A stretch of 30,769 nt of DNA from an uncultured Candidatus Saccharibacteria bacterium (GTDB taxonomy: Bacteria > Patescibacteriota > Minisyncoccia > Minisyncoccales > Staskawiczbacteraceae): NCBI GenBank assembly GCA_964466215.1, contig CAYXRV010000001.1, positions 1 through 30,769 on the forward strand, read 5' to 3'. The notes beneath the pieces are model-generated. The model made no database searches. It saw nothing but the letters and a program-made list of their open reading frames with translations, and had not been told where the DNA came from. Positions 1 to 8,005 of the stretch are shown here, piece after piece. A program made the position numbers and the translations under genes. How positions within the stretch are numbered: the first letter of the stretch is position 1; every line of letters starts with the position of its first letter.

Positions 1-33
1 TTTAGAAAATAAAATAGTTATAAATTTCTCAAA

Positions 34-2463
34 ATGTCTATTATCATATTAGGTCTTATTTTAGTTTTTATTTTAATTTTATTTGGATTTGTTATTGCTC
101 TGCGTTCTGAAGAAAGCGGTAAAAGCGCTATGATGGGCGGGTTAGAAACCGTTCTTTTTTTGGTTATGATGCCCAAAAACGACTTCAAAAAAGACGACTT
201 AATGCAAAAAGACGAAAAGATTTTAATTTCCCAAATGGAGCAAATTTTTGCCAATTTTTTATATCTTAAAAAAACCAAAATGTTTGGAGAACTTCCTTGC
301 GTGGCATTTGAAATTGCCTCGCAAATTGGCGGCGCGGATATTTCTTTTTATGTCGCGGTGCCAAAATATTTAGATACCGCTTTTGAAAAATATGTGCAGG
401 GAGTGTATCCGAGAGCAATTGTAGAAAAAGTTCCCCAAGACTATACCGTTTTTGAACCTCAGGGAGCGGTGGCGGGGGCATATTTAAAATTAAAAGAAAA
501 TCCGCTGTTTCCAATCAGCACCTATCAAAATTTGGAAAAAGACCCCCTTTCAACCATTACAAATAATTTGAGTAAAATTTCAGCGGACGAAGGAGCCGCA
601 ATCCAAATAATAATAAGGCCTTTAGCCGGTTTAAATTTAAGGGAAAAAGGAGAAAAAGTTTTGACAAAAATTAGAGAAGGAAAATCGGCCAGATCTGCCA
701 TGGCAGAAGTTTCTCAATCAGGTTTTTTAAAAATTATTGAAGAAATATTTAAGGGTCCAGAAGGCGTAAAAAACAAGGAAAAAGGATTTGAAGATGTAAA
801 AAATAAGCAGCAGGGGATTGACCAGAGAGACTATGACGCTATTCAAAGTAAAATTCAAAAGCAACCATTCCAGACTAATATAAGGATAATGACTTCCGCA
901 AAAACCTCAGATAGGGCAGAAGAAATTTTGGGGCATTTGCAAAGCGCGTTTTCTCAGTTTTCACTTTCGGCGATAAATAGTTTGGAGCCTCAAAATGTAC
1001 GTAAAAAAGAACTAAAAAAATTGATTTATGATTTTACTTTTAGGAATTTTAATCCAGCGCAAACAAATATTTTAAATTTAGAAGAATTATCTAGTATTTA
1101 TCATTTTCCAACACAATTTATTGAAACCCCTTACATTAAATCCGCAAAATCGGGAGTGGCAGCTCCGCCATCTGATTTGCCGGAGAAAGGAGTTAATTTA
1201 ATTGGCAAAGTTTTATTTCGCGGCGACGAAAAAAAAGTTTATTTTGCGTCAAGAGATGACAGAAGAAGACATTTTTATGTCGTTGGTCAAACCGGTACCG
1301 GTAAAACCACTTTATTAAAGGAAATGATAAGGCAAGATATTGAAAATGGCGAGGGTGTGGCTGTTGTGGACCCTCACGGAGAATTGGTCAACGATATTTT
1401 GTCGTATATTCCTAAAAATAGGGTTGATGACATAGTTTTATTTGAGCCGTTTGATTTAGAAAGGCCAGCCGGTTTAAATATGCTTGAGTATGACACTCCA
1501 GAGCAAAAAGATTTTGCCGTGCAGGAAATGATAGCTATTTTTTACAAATTATTTCCGCCGGAAATAATAGGGCCGATGTTTGAGCACTATATGAGAAATG
1601 CAATGCTGGTTTTGATGGCAGATAAAGACAATCCTGGCACTTTGGTTGAAATTCCAAAAATGTTTACCGACCCGTCATTTTTACAAGAAAGACTGACCAA
1701 GGTTACAGACCCAATTGTCAGGAATTTTTGGTTAAAGGAGTGGGCGCAAACAACAGGCAGCACAAAAAGCGATATGCTGGGCTATGTTGTTTCTAAAGTC
1801 GGCAGATTTATTGAAAACGAAATGATGAGAAACATTATCGGGCAATCCCATTCCAGTTTTGACTTGTCAAAAATAATGGATGAAGGAAAAATTTTCTTGG
1901 CTAATTTATCAAAAGGATTAACGGGCGAAGTGAACAGTTCTCTGTTGGGTTTGATTTTAGTTTCAAAAATGCAAATGGCTGCCATGAAGAGAGCCAGAAT
2001 TACAGAAGAAGAAAGAAAAGATTTTTATTTGTATGTTGATGAATTCCAGAATTTTACAACCGATAGCATTTCCACAATTTTGTCTGAAGCCAGAAAGTAT
2101 AAATTAAACCTGATAATGGCCCATCAATATATTCCTCAATTAACCGACCAAATTAAAAATGCCGTTTTTGGAAATGTGGGCACAATTGCATCTTATCGCA
2201 TTGGAGCTGAAGACGCCGAATTTTTAGAAAAACAATTTGAGCCGGAATTTTCAAGGTTTGACTTAGTAAATCTTGATAATTTTACTTTGATTTTAAAAAT
2301 GATGATAAATAACAAAACATCAACTCCATTTAAAATGGAAGCAATAAAACCTAAAAAAGGCAGGCCAGAAATAGTAGACCCTATCAGAAAAATATCAAAA
2401 CTAAAATATAGCAAAGCGCGGGCAATAGTTGAAAAAGAAATTAGTGAGAGGTCGTTTGTTTAA
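34..2463 (+). CDS. Membrane-anchored VirD4/TraD/HerA-like (FtsK-HerA superfamily, DUF87-type) ATPase, stand-alone
   Basis: 809 aa; N-terminal TM helix; Walker A GQTGTGKT, VVDPHGE motif, Walker B LYVDEFQ, SEARKY and AHQY motifs typical of VirD4/TraD coupling ATPases. Confidence 0.8.
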   Translation: MSIIILGLILVFILILFGFVIALRSEESGKSAMMGGLETVLFLVMMPKNDFKKDDLMQKDEKILISQMEQIFANFLYLKKTKMFGELPCVAFEIASQIGGADISFYVAVPKYLDTAFEKYVQGVYPRAIVEKVPQDYTVFEPQGAVAGAYLKLKENPLFPISTYQNLEKDPLSTITNNLSKISADEGAAIQIIIRPLAGLNLREKGEKVLTKIREGKSARSAMAEVSQSGFLKIIEEIFKGPEGVKNKEKGFEDVKNKQQGIDQRDYDAIQSKIQKQPFQTNIRIMTSAKTSDRAEEILGHLQSAFSQFSLSAINSLEPQNVRKKELKKLIYDFTFRNFNPAQTNILNLEELSSIYHFPTQFIETPYIKSAKSGVAAPPSDLPEKGVNLIGKVLFRGDEKKVYFASRDDRRRHFYVVGQTGTGKTTLLKEMIRQDIENGEGVAVVDPHGELVNDILSYIPKNRVDDIVLFEPFDLERPAGLNMLEYDTPEQKDFAVQEMIAIFYKLFPPEIIGPMFEHYMRNAMLVLMADKDNPGTLVEIPKMFTDPSFLQERLTKVTDPIVRNFWLKEWAQTTGSTKSDMLGYVVSKVGRFIENEMMRNIIGQSHSSFDLSKIMDEGKIFLANLSKGLTGEVNSSLLGLILVSKMQMAAMKRARITEEERKDFYLYVDEFQNFTTDSISTILSEARKYKLNLIMAHQYIPQLTDQIKNAVFGNVGTIASYRIGAEDAEFLEKQFEPEFSRFDLVNLDNFTLILKMMINNKTSTPFKMEAIKPKKGRPEIVDPIRKISKLKYSKARAIVEKEISERSFV

Positions 2464-3020
2464 GCTCTTTTTACGTATTCTCCGAGCTCCGTGTTTACCT
2501 CAATTATGTCGCCTTCTTCTATAAATAGGGGAACTTGCACCTCAGCCCCCGATTCTAATATGGCTAATTTAGTTCCTCCCTGCGCGCGGTCTCCCTTAAT
2601 TCCGGGAGGAGATTCTTTGACTTTCAGCTGAACCTTAATTGGAGCCGAAATATTGATTATTTTGTCGTCAAAAAGTATGCCCTCCACAAGAGAGTTGGGT
2701 TTAAAAAATTTAGCTTGTTTGCCAATTTGGTCTTCGGTGAAAGAAAAGCGATTTTTAGGGTCGTTCTCTTCGCAGAAAAAATATTGGCCTTTGTTGGAAT
2801 ACAAAAATTTAATATTTTTCTTTTCCAATTCCGCTTCGCCAAAAATATCGCCTTGCTGAAAGTTTTTTTCTCTTACAGCCCCCGAAATAAGGTTTTTGAT
2901 TTTACTTTGAATAACAGGTCTTCTTTGAGCCATTTTCAAAAGCTGAGCTTCCAAAACTTCCCATGGCTGACCTTCAAAAATAAATCTTGTGCCTTTTTTT
3001 AAATCTGTATGAGTTAACAT
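2460..3020 (-). CDS. efp: Elongation factor P
   Basis: 186 aa; DLKKG start; C-terminal PGIKGDRAQGGTKLAILESGAEVQVPLFIEEGD...GEYVKR EF-P signature. Confidence 0.95.
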   Translation of the reverse strand: MLTHTDLKKGTRFIFEGQPWEVLEAQLLKMAQRRPVIQSKIKNLISGAVREKNFQQGDIFGEAELEKKNIKFLYSNKGQYFFCEENDPKNRFSFTEDQIGKQAKFFKPNSLVEGILFDDKIINISAPIKVQLKVKESPPGIKGDRAQGGTKLAILESGAEVQVPLFIEEGDIIEVNTELGEYVKRA

Positions 3021-3032
3021 ATTATTTTATTT

Positions 3033-3704
3033 TTATTCAACTATTTTCCACTCAATTGTTGACTCCTTATCGGCAAATTCCAGCCATTCTCCATATTTGG
3101 AAATTACAAACCATTTTTTCTTCGCTTCCGACCAAACCATTGGACTTTCTTTATAAAATGGTTTTTTGACTATTTCTTTTGGTTTTAACGTGTCCATTTC
3201 AAGCCATTTTTTAAAAACAGTTTCAATGGAATAATCAAGTTTTCTAGAACTTGCCCATTGTGAAACTTTTTTAATCGCTTCTTTGGCTTTTTCAGTGGAG
3301 CCAGCCAAGTCCAAAAGCTGTTTGGCGGGTTTAGTGAATCTTGAATATATTATCTTTCTTTTTTTAGCATTTTCTTTCAATTCTTGCAAGGACAATCCTT
3401 TTGATTCAAAAAAATAAGTGATAATCTGGCGAATCGCGGTTTCTTCTTTTAAGTTGTTATATTCCTTAATGTGTCCTTTTTTAATATATTGTTCAATTTT
3501 TTTTGCATTTTTTTCGCCAATGCCAGCATCTTTTATTCCTTTTAATCCTTTTTCTTTATAAATTTCACCTATGTCAATTTTCAAATTGTCTAAAATGCTT
3601 ATGGCGTTTTTGTAAGCTCTTAATTTGTAGCCCAAAGCTTTATCTCCCTTTATTTCCAAAAGCCTTATTATATCTTTGAAAATTTTTGATATTTCTTCGT
3701 TCAT
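3033..3704 (-). CDS. DNA polymerase X/beta N-terminal 8-kDa helix-hairpin-helix domain fused to a domain of unknown function (no polymerase core)
   Basis: Residues 1-88 (MNEEISKIF...AYKNA...GIGEKNAKKIEQYIKKG) match the PolX N-terminal domain; the remaining ~135 aa show no DxD nucleotidyltransferase motif. Confidence 0.7.
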   Translation of the reverse strand: MNEEISKIFKDIIRLLEIKGDKALGYKLRAYKNAISILDNLKIDIGEIYKEKGLKGIKDAGIGEKNAKKIEQYIKKGHIKEYNNLKEETAIRQIITYFFESKGLSLQELKENAKKRKIIYSRFTKPAKQLLDLAGSTEKAKEAIKKVSQWASSRKLDYSIETVFKKWLEMDTLKPKEIVKKPFYKESPMVWSEAKKKWFVISKYGEWLEFADKESTIEWKIVE

Positions 3705-3743
3705 GGTTTGATTTTAGCTTTTTTTGTGCTAAAATTCAATAAA
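3705..3743. promoter_or_regulatory. Back-to-back -10 elements (GCTAAAAT on both strands), likely a bidirectional promoter giving leaderless or near-leaderless transcripts
   Basis: TAAAAT at 3730-3735 (+, preceded by TG-C) 8 nt before ATG 3744; TAAAAT at 3716-3711 (-) 6 nt before ATG 3704. Confidence 0.5.
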
Positions 3744-4313
3744 ATGAAAAGAAAACACAGAGTTTTTATCGCTATAAATCTGCCAAGTGATGTAAGAAAA
3801 CAATTAGATTCGTACAAGGAAAAATGGCAGGAACTGCCAGCTAAATGGACAAATTCAGATAATTTGCATATTACTTTGGAATTTTTGGGAAATTTAACCG
3901 AAGAGGAATTGGGAGAAGTTTGTGTGGTTGTGAAAGAGGTTGTAGAAAAACATAATTCTTTCAATATTAATTTAAATAAAATTATATATGGTCCAACAAA
4001 AAAAATACCGCCTCGGATGATTTGGGTTAAAGGCGAAAGTTCAAAAGAACTGACATTATTAAAAAACAATCTGCAAAAATCTTTATTGGAAATAGTGCGA
4101 TTCATTCCTGGAACGGGGACATTTTCTCCTCATATTACTTTGGCTAGAATAAGTGGCTGGGAATGGAGAAAAATTGAGCCGGAAGAAAGACCAGAAGTTA
4201 ATGAAAATATAGATTTTATTTTTACAGTTGAATCAATTGAAGTAATGGAAAGCGTTTTGAAGAAAGGGGGACCAGAATACACAATAATAGAATCGCATAA
4301 TTTTAAAATTTAA
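3744..4313 (+). CDS. thpR: RNA 2',3'-cyclic phosphodiesterase (2H phosphoesterase, LigT family)
   Basis: RVFIAI start and two HxT motifs (NLHITLEF, SPHITLAR); start moved from TTG 3708 to ATG 3744. Confidence 0.9.
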   Translation: MKRKHRVFIAINLPSDVRKQLDSYKEKWQELPAKWTNSDNLHITLEFLGNLTEEELGEVCVVVKEVVEKHNSFNINLNKIIYGPTKKIPPRMIWVKGESSKELTLLKNNLQKSLLEIVRFIPGTGTFSPHITLARISGWEWRKIEPEERPEVNENIDFIFTVESIEVMESVLKKGGPEYTIIESHNFKI

Positions 4314-4315
4314 AA

Positions 4316-5614
4316 ATGAAAATTCACTTTATCGGAATCGGCGGAATAGGCGTTTCAGGACTTGCTCAATATTATTTATCAAAGGGGCACATTGTCAGTG
4401 GGTCTGATTTGGTGTCGTCTGAAATTACAGAATTTTTAGAGGAAAAGGAGATTAAGATTACGATTGGCTCGCATTCAGAAAACAATTTAAGCAGAGATGC
4501 TAATTTGGTTATTTACAGTCCCGCGGTAAAGCCAGATAATCCAGAATACAAAAAAGCAAAAGAGTTGAATATTAAATTGCAAAGCTATCCCGAAGCCCTT
4601 GGAAATTTAACAAAACAATATTTTACAATTGCCGTTTCGGGCACTCATGGAAAAAGCACCACAACAGCAATGATTTCTCTTGTTTTGGAAAAATCGGGTC
4701 TTGACCCAACTGTTATTGTGGGCACAAAACTCAAAGAATTTGGCGATACAAATTTTAGAGCTGGTAAAAGTAAGATATTAGTAATAGAGGCAGATGAGCA
4801 TTTTGCTTCATTTTTGAATTATTGGCCAAAAATTATTGTTCTGACAAATATGGAAAAAGAGCACTTGGATTATTATAAAAATTTAAATAATATTAAAAAA
4901 ACCTACAAACAATACTTGAGCCATTTGGGCAAAGATGGTATTTTGGTAGCCAATAAAGAAGATAAAAACATCAATAAAATAGCAAAAAAGGGCAAACACG
5001 AGGTAACTTTTTACTCAATAAAACAAAAAGAATCAAAAAGATTGAAAAGAATTTTGAAAATACCGGGCAAACATAATGTTTATAATGCCTTGGCTGTTTT
5101 GACCGTGGCAAGAATTTTGGGAGTTACAGACAAAATATCTTTTGATGTTCTATCAAAATATAGAGGGTCGTGGAGAAGATTTGATTTAAAACAGAGGAGA
5201 GCTGGTGGCAAAAAAATTATAGTCATATCAGATTATGGTCATCATCCAACAGAAGTTTTGGCAACCCTAAGAGCCACAAGAGAAAAATATCCAAAGAAAA
5301 AAATCTGGTGTGTTTTTCAGCCGCATCAATATCAAAGAACATATTACTTGTTTAATAATTTTGTAAAAATATTCAGGTCGTTGGCGATAGACAACATTAT
5401 AATTGCCGATATTTATGACGTTGCCGGACGCGAAACAAAGAAAATAAATGCCGAAATAAGTTCAGAAAAATTAGTTAAAAAAATTGATAAAAATAATGTC
5501 AGATATTTTTTATTGTGCGACATAGAAAAACATATCAAAGAACATATTAAAACCGGAGAGGTTTTGATTATTATGGGTGCCGGCGATATTTATAAATTAG
5601 CCGATAAATTTTAA
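4316..5614 (+). CDS. murC: UDP-N-acetylmuramate--L-alanine ligase
   Basis: HFIGIGGIGVSGLA, GTHGKSTTT, EADE, DYGHHPTE, VFQPH and MGAGDI motifs. Confidence 0.93.
   Translation: MKIHFIGIGGIGVSGLAQYYLSKGHIVSGSDLVSSEITEFLEEKEIKITIGSHSENNLSRDANLVIYSPAVKPDNPEYKKAKELNIKLQSYPEALGNLTKQYFTIAVSGTHGKSTTTAMISLVLEKSGLDPTVIVGTKLKEFGDTNFRAGKSKILVIEADEHFASFLNYWPKIIVLTNMEKEHLDYYKNLNNIKKTYKQYLSHLGKDGILVANKEDKNINKIAKKGKHEVTFYSIKQKESKRLKRILKIPGKHNVYNALAVLTVARILGVTDKISFDVLSKYRGSWRRFDLKQRRAGGKKIIVISDYGHHPTEVLATLRATREKYPKKKIWCVFQPHQYQRTYYLFNNFVKIFRSLAIDNIIIADIYDVAGRETKKINAEISSEKLVKKIDKNNVRYFLLCDIEKHIKEHIKTGEVLIIMGAGDIYKLADKF
5510..5522 (+). repeat. 13-bp core copy (TTATTGTGCGACA) of the recurrent site, inside murC
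   Basis: Identical to the cores at 12671-12683 and 21162-21174 and to the reverse complement of 20163-20175. Confidence 0.55.
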
Positions 5615-5646
5615 AAATAAAAAAAGAGCTGACAAATGTCAGCTCT
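5613..5646 (-). terminator. Intrinsic terminator between murC and the convergent small ORF
   Basis: Stem AGAGCTGACA/TGTCAGCTCT (5625-5646) with an A-run on its left, i.e. a U-tract on the minus strand. Confidence 0.7.
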
Positions 5647-5663
5647 ATCTATCAAAGAGAATA

Positions 5664-5885
5664 TTAAATATCCTTAGGATAAGGTTTTTTATGACATCTG
5701 TTGCCAGATGTTATTTTCAAGGATAGTTTACTTCCGCCTGAATTAATTTTTGCTTTACAGCGATTACACACGTGTTTTCCTTTTGGTAGCATCTCAGTGC
5801 ATCTTTTGCCAGAATTAACACCTAAGCACTGGTTTGGCAATTCAACCTTTTCTGTCAATTGCGACTCCATTCTAAATCCTTTCAT
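5664..5885 (-). CDS. Small Cys-rich hypothetical protein, possible zinc finger (probable start ATG 5870)
   Basis: C-x8-C-x10-C-x2-C spacing plus a late C-H; AAGGA 6 nt before the second Met; own consensus promoter and terminator. Confidence 0.6.
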   Translation of the reverse strand: MKGFRMESQLTEKVELPNQCLGVNSGKRCTEMLPKGKHVCNRCKAKINSGGSKLSLKITSGNRCHKKPYPKDI

Positions 5886-5936
5886 AAAAGATTAACAAAG
5901 AACTAAAAAGTATTCCAATTTTTAGAATACTTTTCT

Positions 5937-5965
5937 ATTCTATTGATTTTATTGGTTATTGTCAA
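5937..5965 (-). promoter_or_regulatory. Sigma70-type promoter for the small Cys-rich ORF
   Basis: TTGACA (5965-5960), 17 nt, TAGAAT (5942-5937); a 10-bp inverted repeat AAAAGTATTC/GAATACTTTT (5906-5934) lies at the predicted start site. Confidence 0.65.
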
Positions 5966-6020
5966 TAGTATCGGCTAATCTTTAATTTTTTCGTAAAATA
6001 GGTATAATAAAATAAACAAT

Positions 6021-7220
6021 ATGATTAACACAAATCCCGACAAAATTAACGAAATATTAAGCAGGGGAGTGGAAGAAATTTTTGAAAAAGAAAATCTGCT
6101 TAAAAAGTTGCAATCAGGGGGACAATTAAGAATAAAGCACGGCATAGACCCCACCGGTCCTAAAATACACATAGGCAGGGCTTTTCAGTTTTGGAAATTA
6201 AGAGATTTTCAAGAACTGGGACACAAGGTGGTTTTGATTATTGGCGACTTTACAGCCCAGATAGGAGATGCTTCCGATAAGCAGGCAATGAGGAAAACTT
6301 TAACCGAAAAAGAAATAAAAAACAATATGAAAGATTATGCAAAACAAATCGGTAAAATTTTAGATATGAAGAAGGTTGAGTTGCACTATAATAGCGAATG
6401 GTTTTCTAAAATGAAAGTAAGAGATTTTGTGTCTTTGCAAATGTTATTTACGGCTCAGCAGACAATACAGAGAAGAAATTTTAAAGAAAGATGGGACGAA
6501 GGAAAACCAATCGGTCAGCACGAATTGGATTATCCTTTGTTTCAAGGATATGATTCAGTGATGATAAAAGCAGATATAGAAACCGGCGGCTCAGACCAGC
6601 TTTTTAATTTGCAAACAGGCAGAGAAATACAAAAAAGTTTTAACCAAAAACCTCAGGATATTATGATACTAAAAATGCTTTCGGGATTGGATGGCAGAAA
6701 AATGTCTACAAGTTGGGGTAATATAATAACAATTGTTGACGAGCCCAAAGATATGTATGGAAAAATAATGTCAATGAAAGATGAATTAATTGATGAATAT
6801 TTTGAGCTGGCCACCCGTTTGTCTAAAAATGAAATTAACGGTATCAAGAAATCTTTAAATAATCCGCGAAATATAAAAGCAAGGTTGGCAAAAGAAATTG
6901 TTACTTTGTATCACGGGAAAACTAAGGCGCAAAAAGCGGAAGAGGAATTCAATAAAGTTTTCAGAGATAGGCAAGCGCCGTCGGAAATAGAAATTTTTAA
7001 AACGGATGAAAAAGAATATCCTGTTTTAGATTTATTGTTTGATTCAAAAATTGTTTTGTCAAAAAATGAGGCAAAGAGATTAGTCGAAGGCGGAGCGGTA
7101 ACCACAGAAATTAATAACGAAAAAACAAAAATTGATGATTGGAAAAAAATGATTGAAATTCAAAATAATATGATAATTAAAGTCGGCAGAAAATTTATTA
7201 AAATTAAAAAAAATAATTAA
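6021..7220 (+). CDS. tyrS: Tyrosine--tRNA ligase
   Basis: GIDPTGPKIHIGR (HIGH-like), YPLFQGYD, GGSDQLFN, KMSTS (KMSKS-like), C-terminal S4 domain. Confidence 0.95.
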   Translation: MINTNPDKINEILSRGVEEIFEKENLLKKLQSGGQLRIKHGIDPTGPKIHIGRAFQFWKLRDFQELGHKVVLIIGDFTAQIGDASDKQAMRKTLTEKEIKNNMKDYAKQIGKILDMKKVELHYNSEWFSKMKVRDFVSLQMLFTAQQTIQRRNFKERWDEGKPIGQHELDYPLFQGYDSVMIKADIETGGSDQLFNLQTGREIQKSFNQKPQDIMILKMLSGLDGRKMSTSWGNIITIVDEPKDMYGKIMSMKDELIDEYFELATRLSKNEINGIKKSLNNPRNIKARLAKEIVTLYHGKTKAQKAEEEFNKVFRDRQAPSEIEIFKTDEKEYPVLDLLFDSKIVLSKNEAKRLVEGGAVTTEINNEKTKIDDWKKMIEIQNNMIIKVGRKFIKIKKNN

Positions 7221-7231
7221 TTTTTAAAATT

Positions 7232-7996
7232 ATGGCAGAAGAAAAAGGTAATTTGGCGTTAGCGATAGCCGTAGTCGTAGGATTTACGGCAGTTATCACT
7301 TTGGGGTTATATTTGATTTATGATAAATCATTAATTACATCATTGTTTACAAAAAAACAAGAAAAGCCAGTGGCTTGCGCTCAAGAAGCAAAAGTTTGCC
7401 CCGATGGGTCTTCTGTTGGCCGCACAGGCCCAAACTGTGAATTTGCAGATTGTCCTACAGTAAAACCACAAGATGAAACCGCTGGTTGGCAGACATATAA
7501 AAATGACCAATATGGATTTGAAATAAAATATCCAAAAAATTTTTCTGTAAACAAAAATTCTACAACAGATAATATAGTACTAGATTATGACAATTACGGA
7601 CAAAATTCTTTCTCTGTGAAAGTGAAAAGTTACACTGCATCTCTTGAGCAAAATGTAAAAAAATATGTAAAAGATAGCCAGAAAGCTAGCGCGTCGGCTG
7701 CAGCACCGTTAACAGTTACATATAAACCCTACATTGTTAGTAATCTGAATGGGTATTTAATAACAGAGCAATCTGGTGATGTTCCTGTAAATACATCTGT
7801 CACATTAAAAATTCAAAAAGAGAATAACATATTTAGTTTTAACTATTCATACCAAGGTTATATTTTACGAGAAAATCCATCAGATGTATTGGGCGGGCCT
7901 CCTATACCAGCAGGATTCCAAGATGAAGTTCAGGCAAAATTAAAAGCATATAATGAAATACAGACGATTATTTCTACTTTTAAATTTACGAAATAA
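7232..7996 (+). CDS. Membrane-anchored exported protein with a 4-Cys motif and a PsbP-like domain
   Basis: N-terminal TM helix; CAQEAKVCPDGSSVGRTGPNCEFADCP; WQTYKNDQYGFEIKYP...STFKF PsbP-like pattern. Confidence 0.6.
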   Translation: MAEEKGNLALAIAVVVGFTAVITLGLYLIYDKSLITSLFTKKQEKPVACAQEAKVCPDGSSVGRTGPNCEFADCPTVKPQDETAGWQTYKNDQYGFEIKYPKNFSVNKNSTTDNIVLDYDNYGQNSFSVKVKSYTASLEQNVKKYVKDSQKASASAAAPLTVTYKPYIVSNLNGYLITEQSGDVPVNTSVTLKIQKENNIFSFNYSYQGYILRENPSDVLGGPPIPAGFQDEVQAKLKAYNEIQTIISTFKFTK

Positions 7997-8005
7997 ATAA
8001 AAATT

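Noticed and set aside
6150-6185. TyrRS HIGH motif reads HIGR (and GluRS reads HIGT)
   Set aside because: The fourth position varies widely among class I synthetases and all other motifs are intact.
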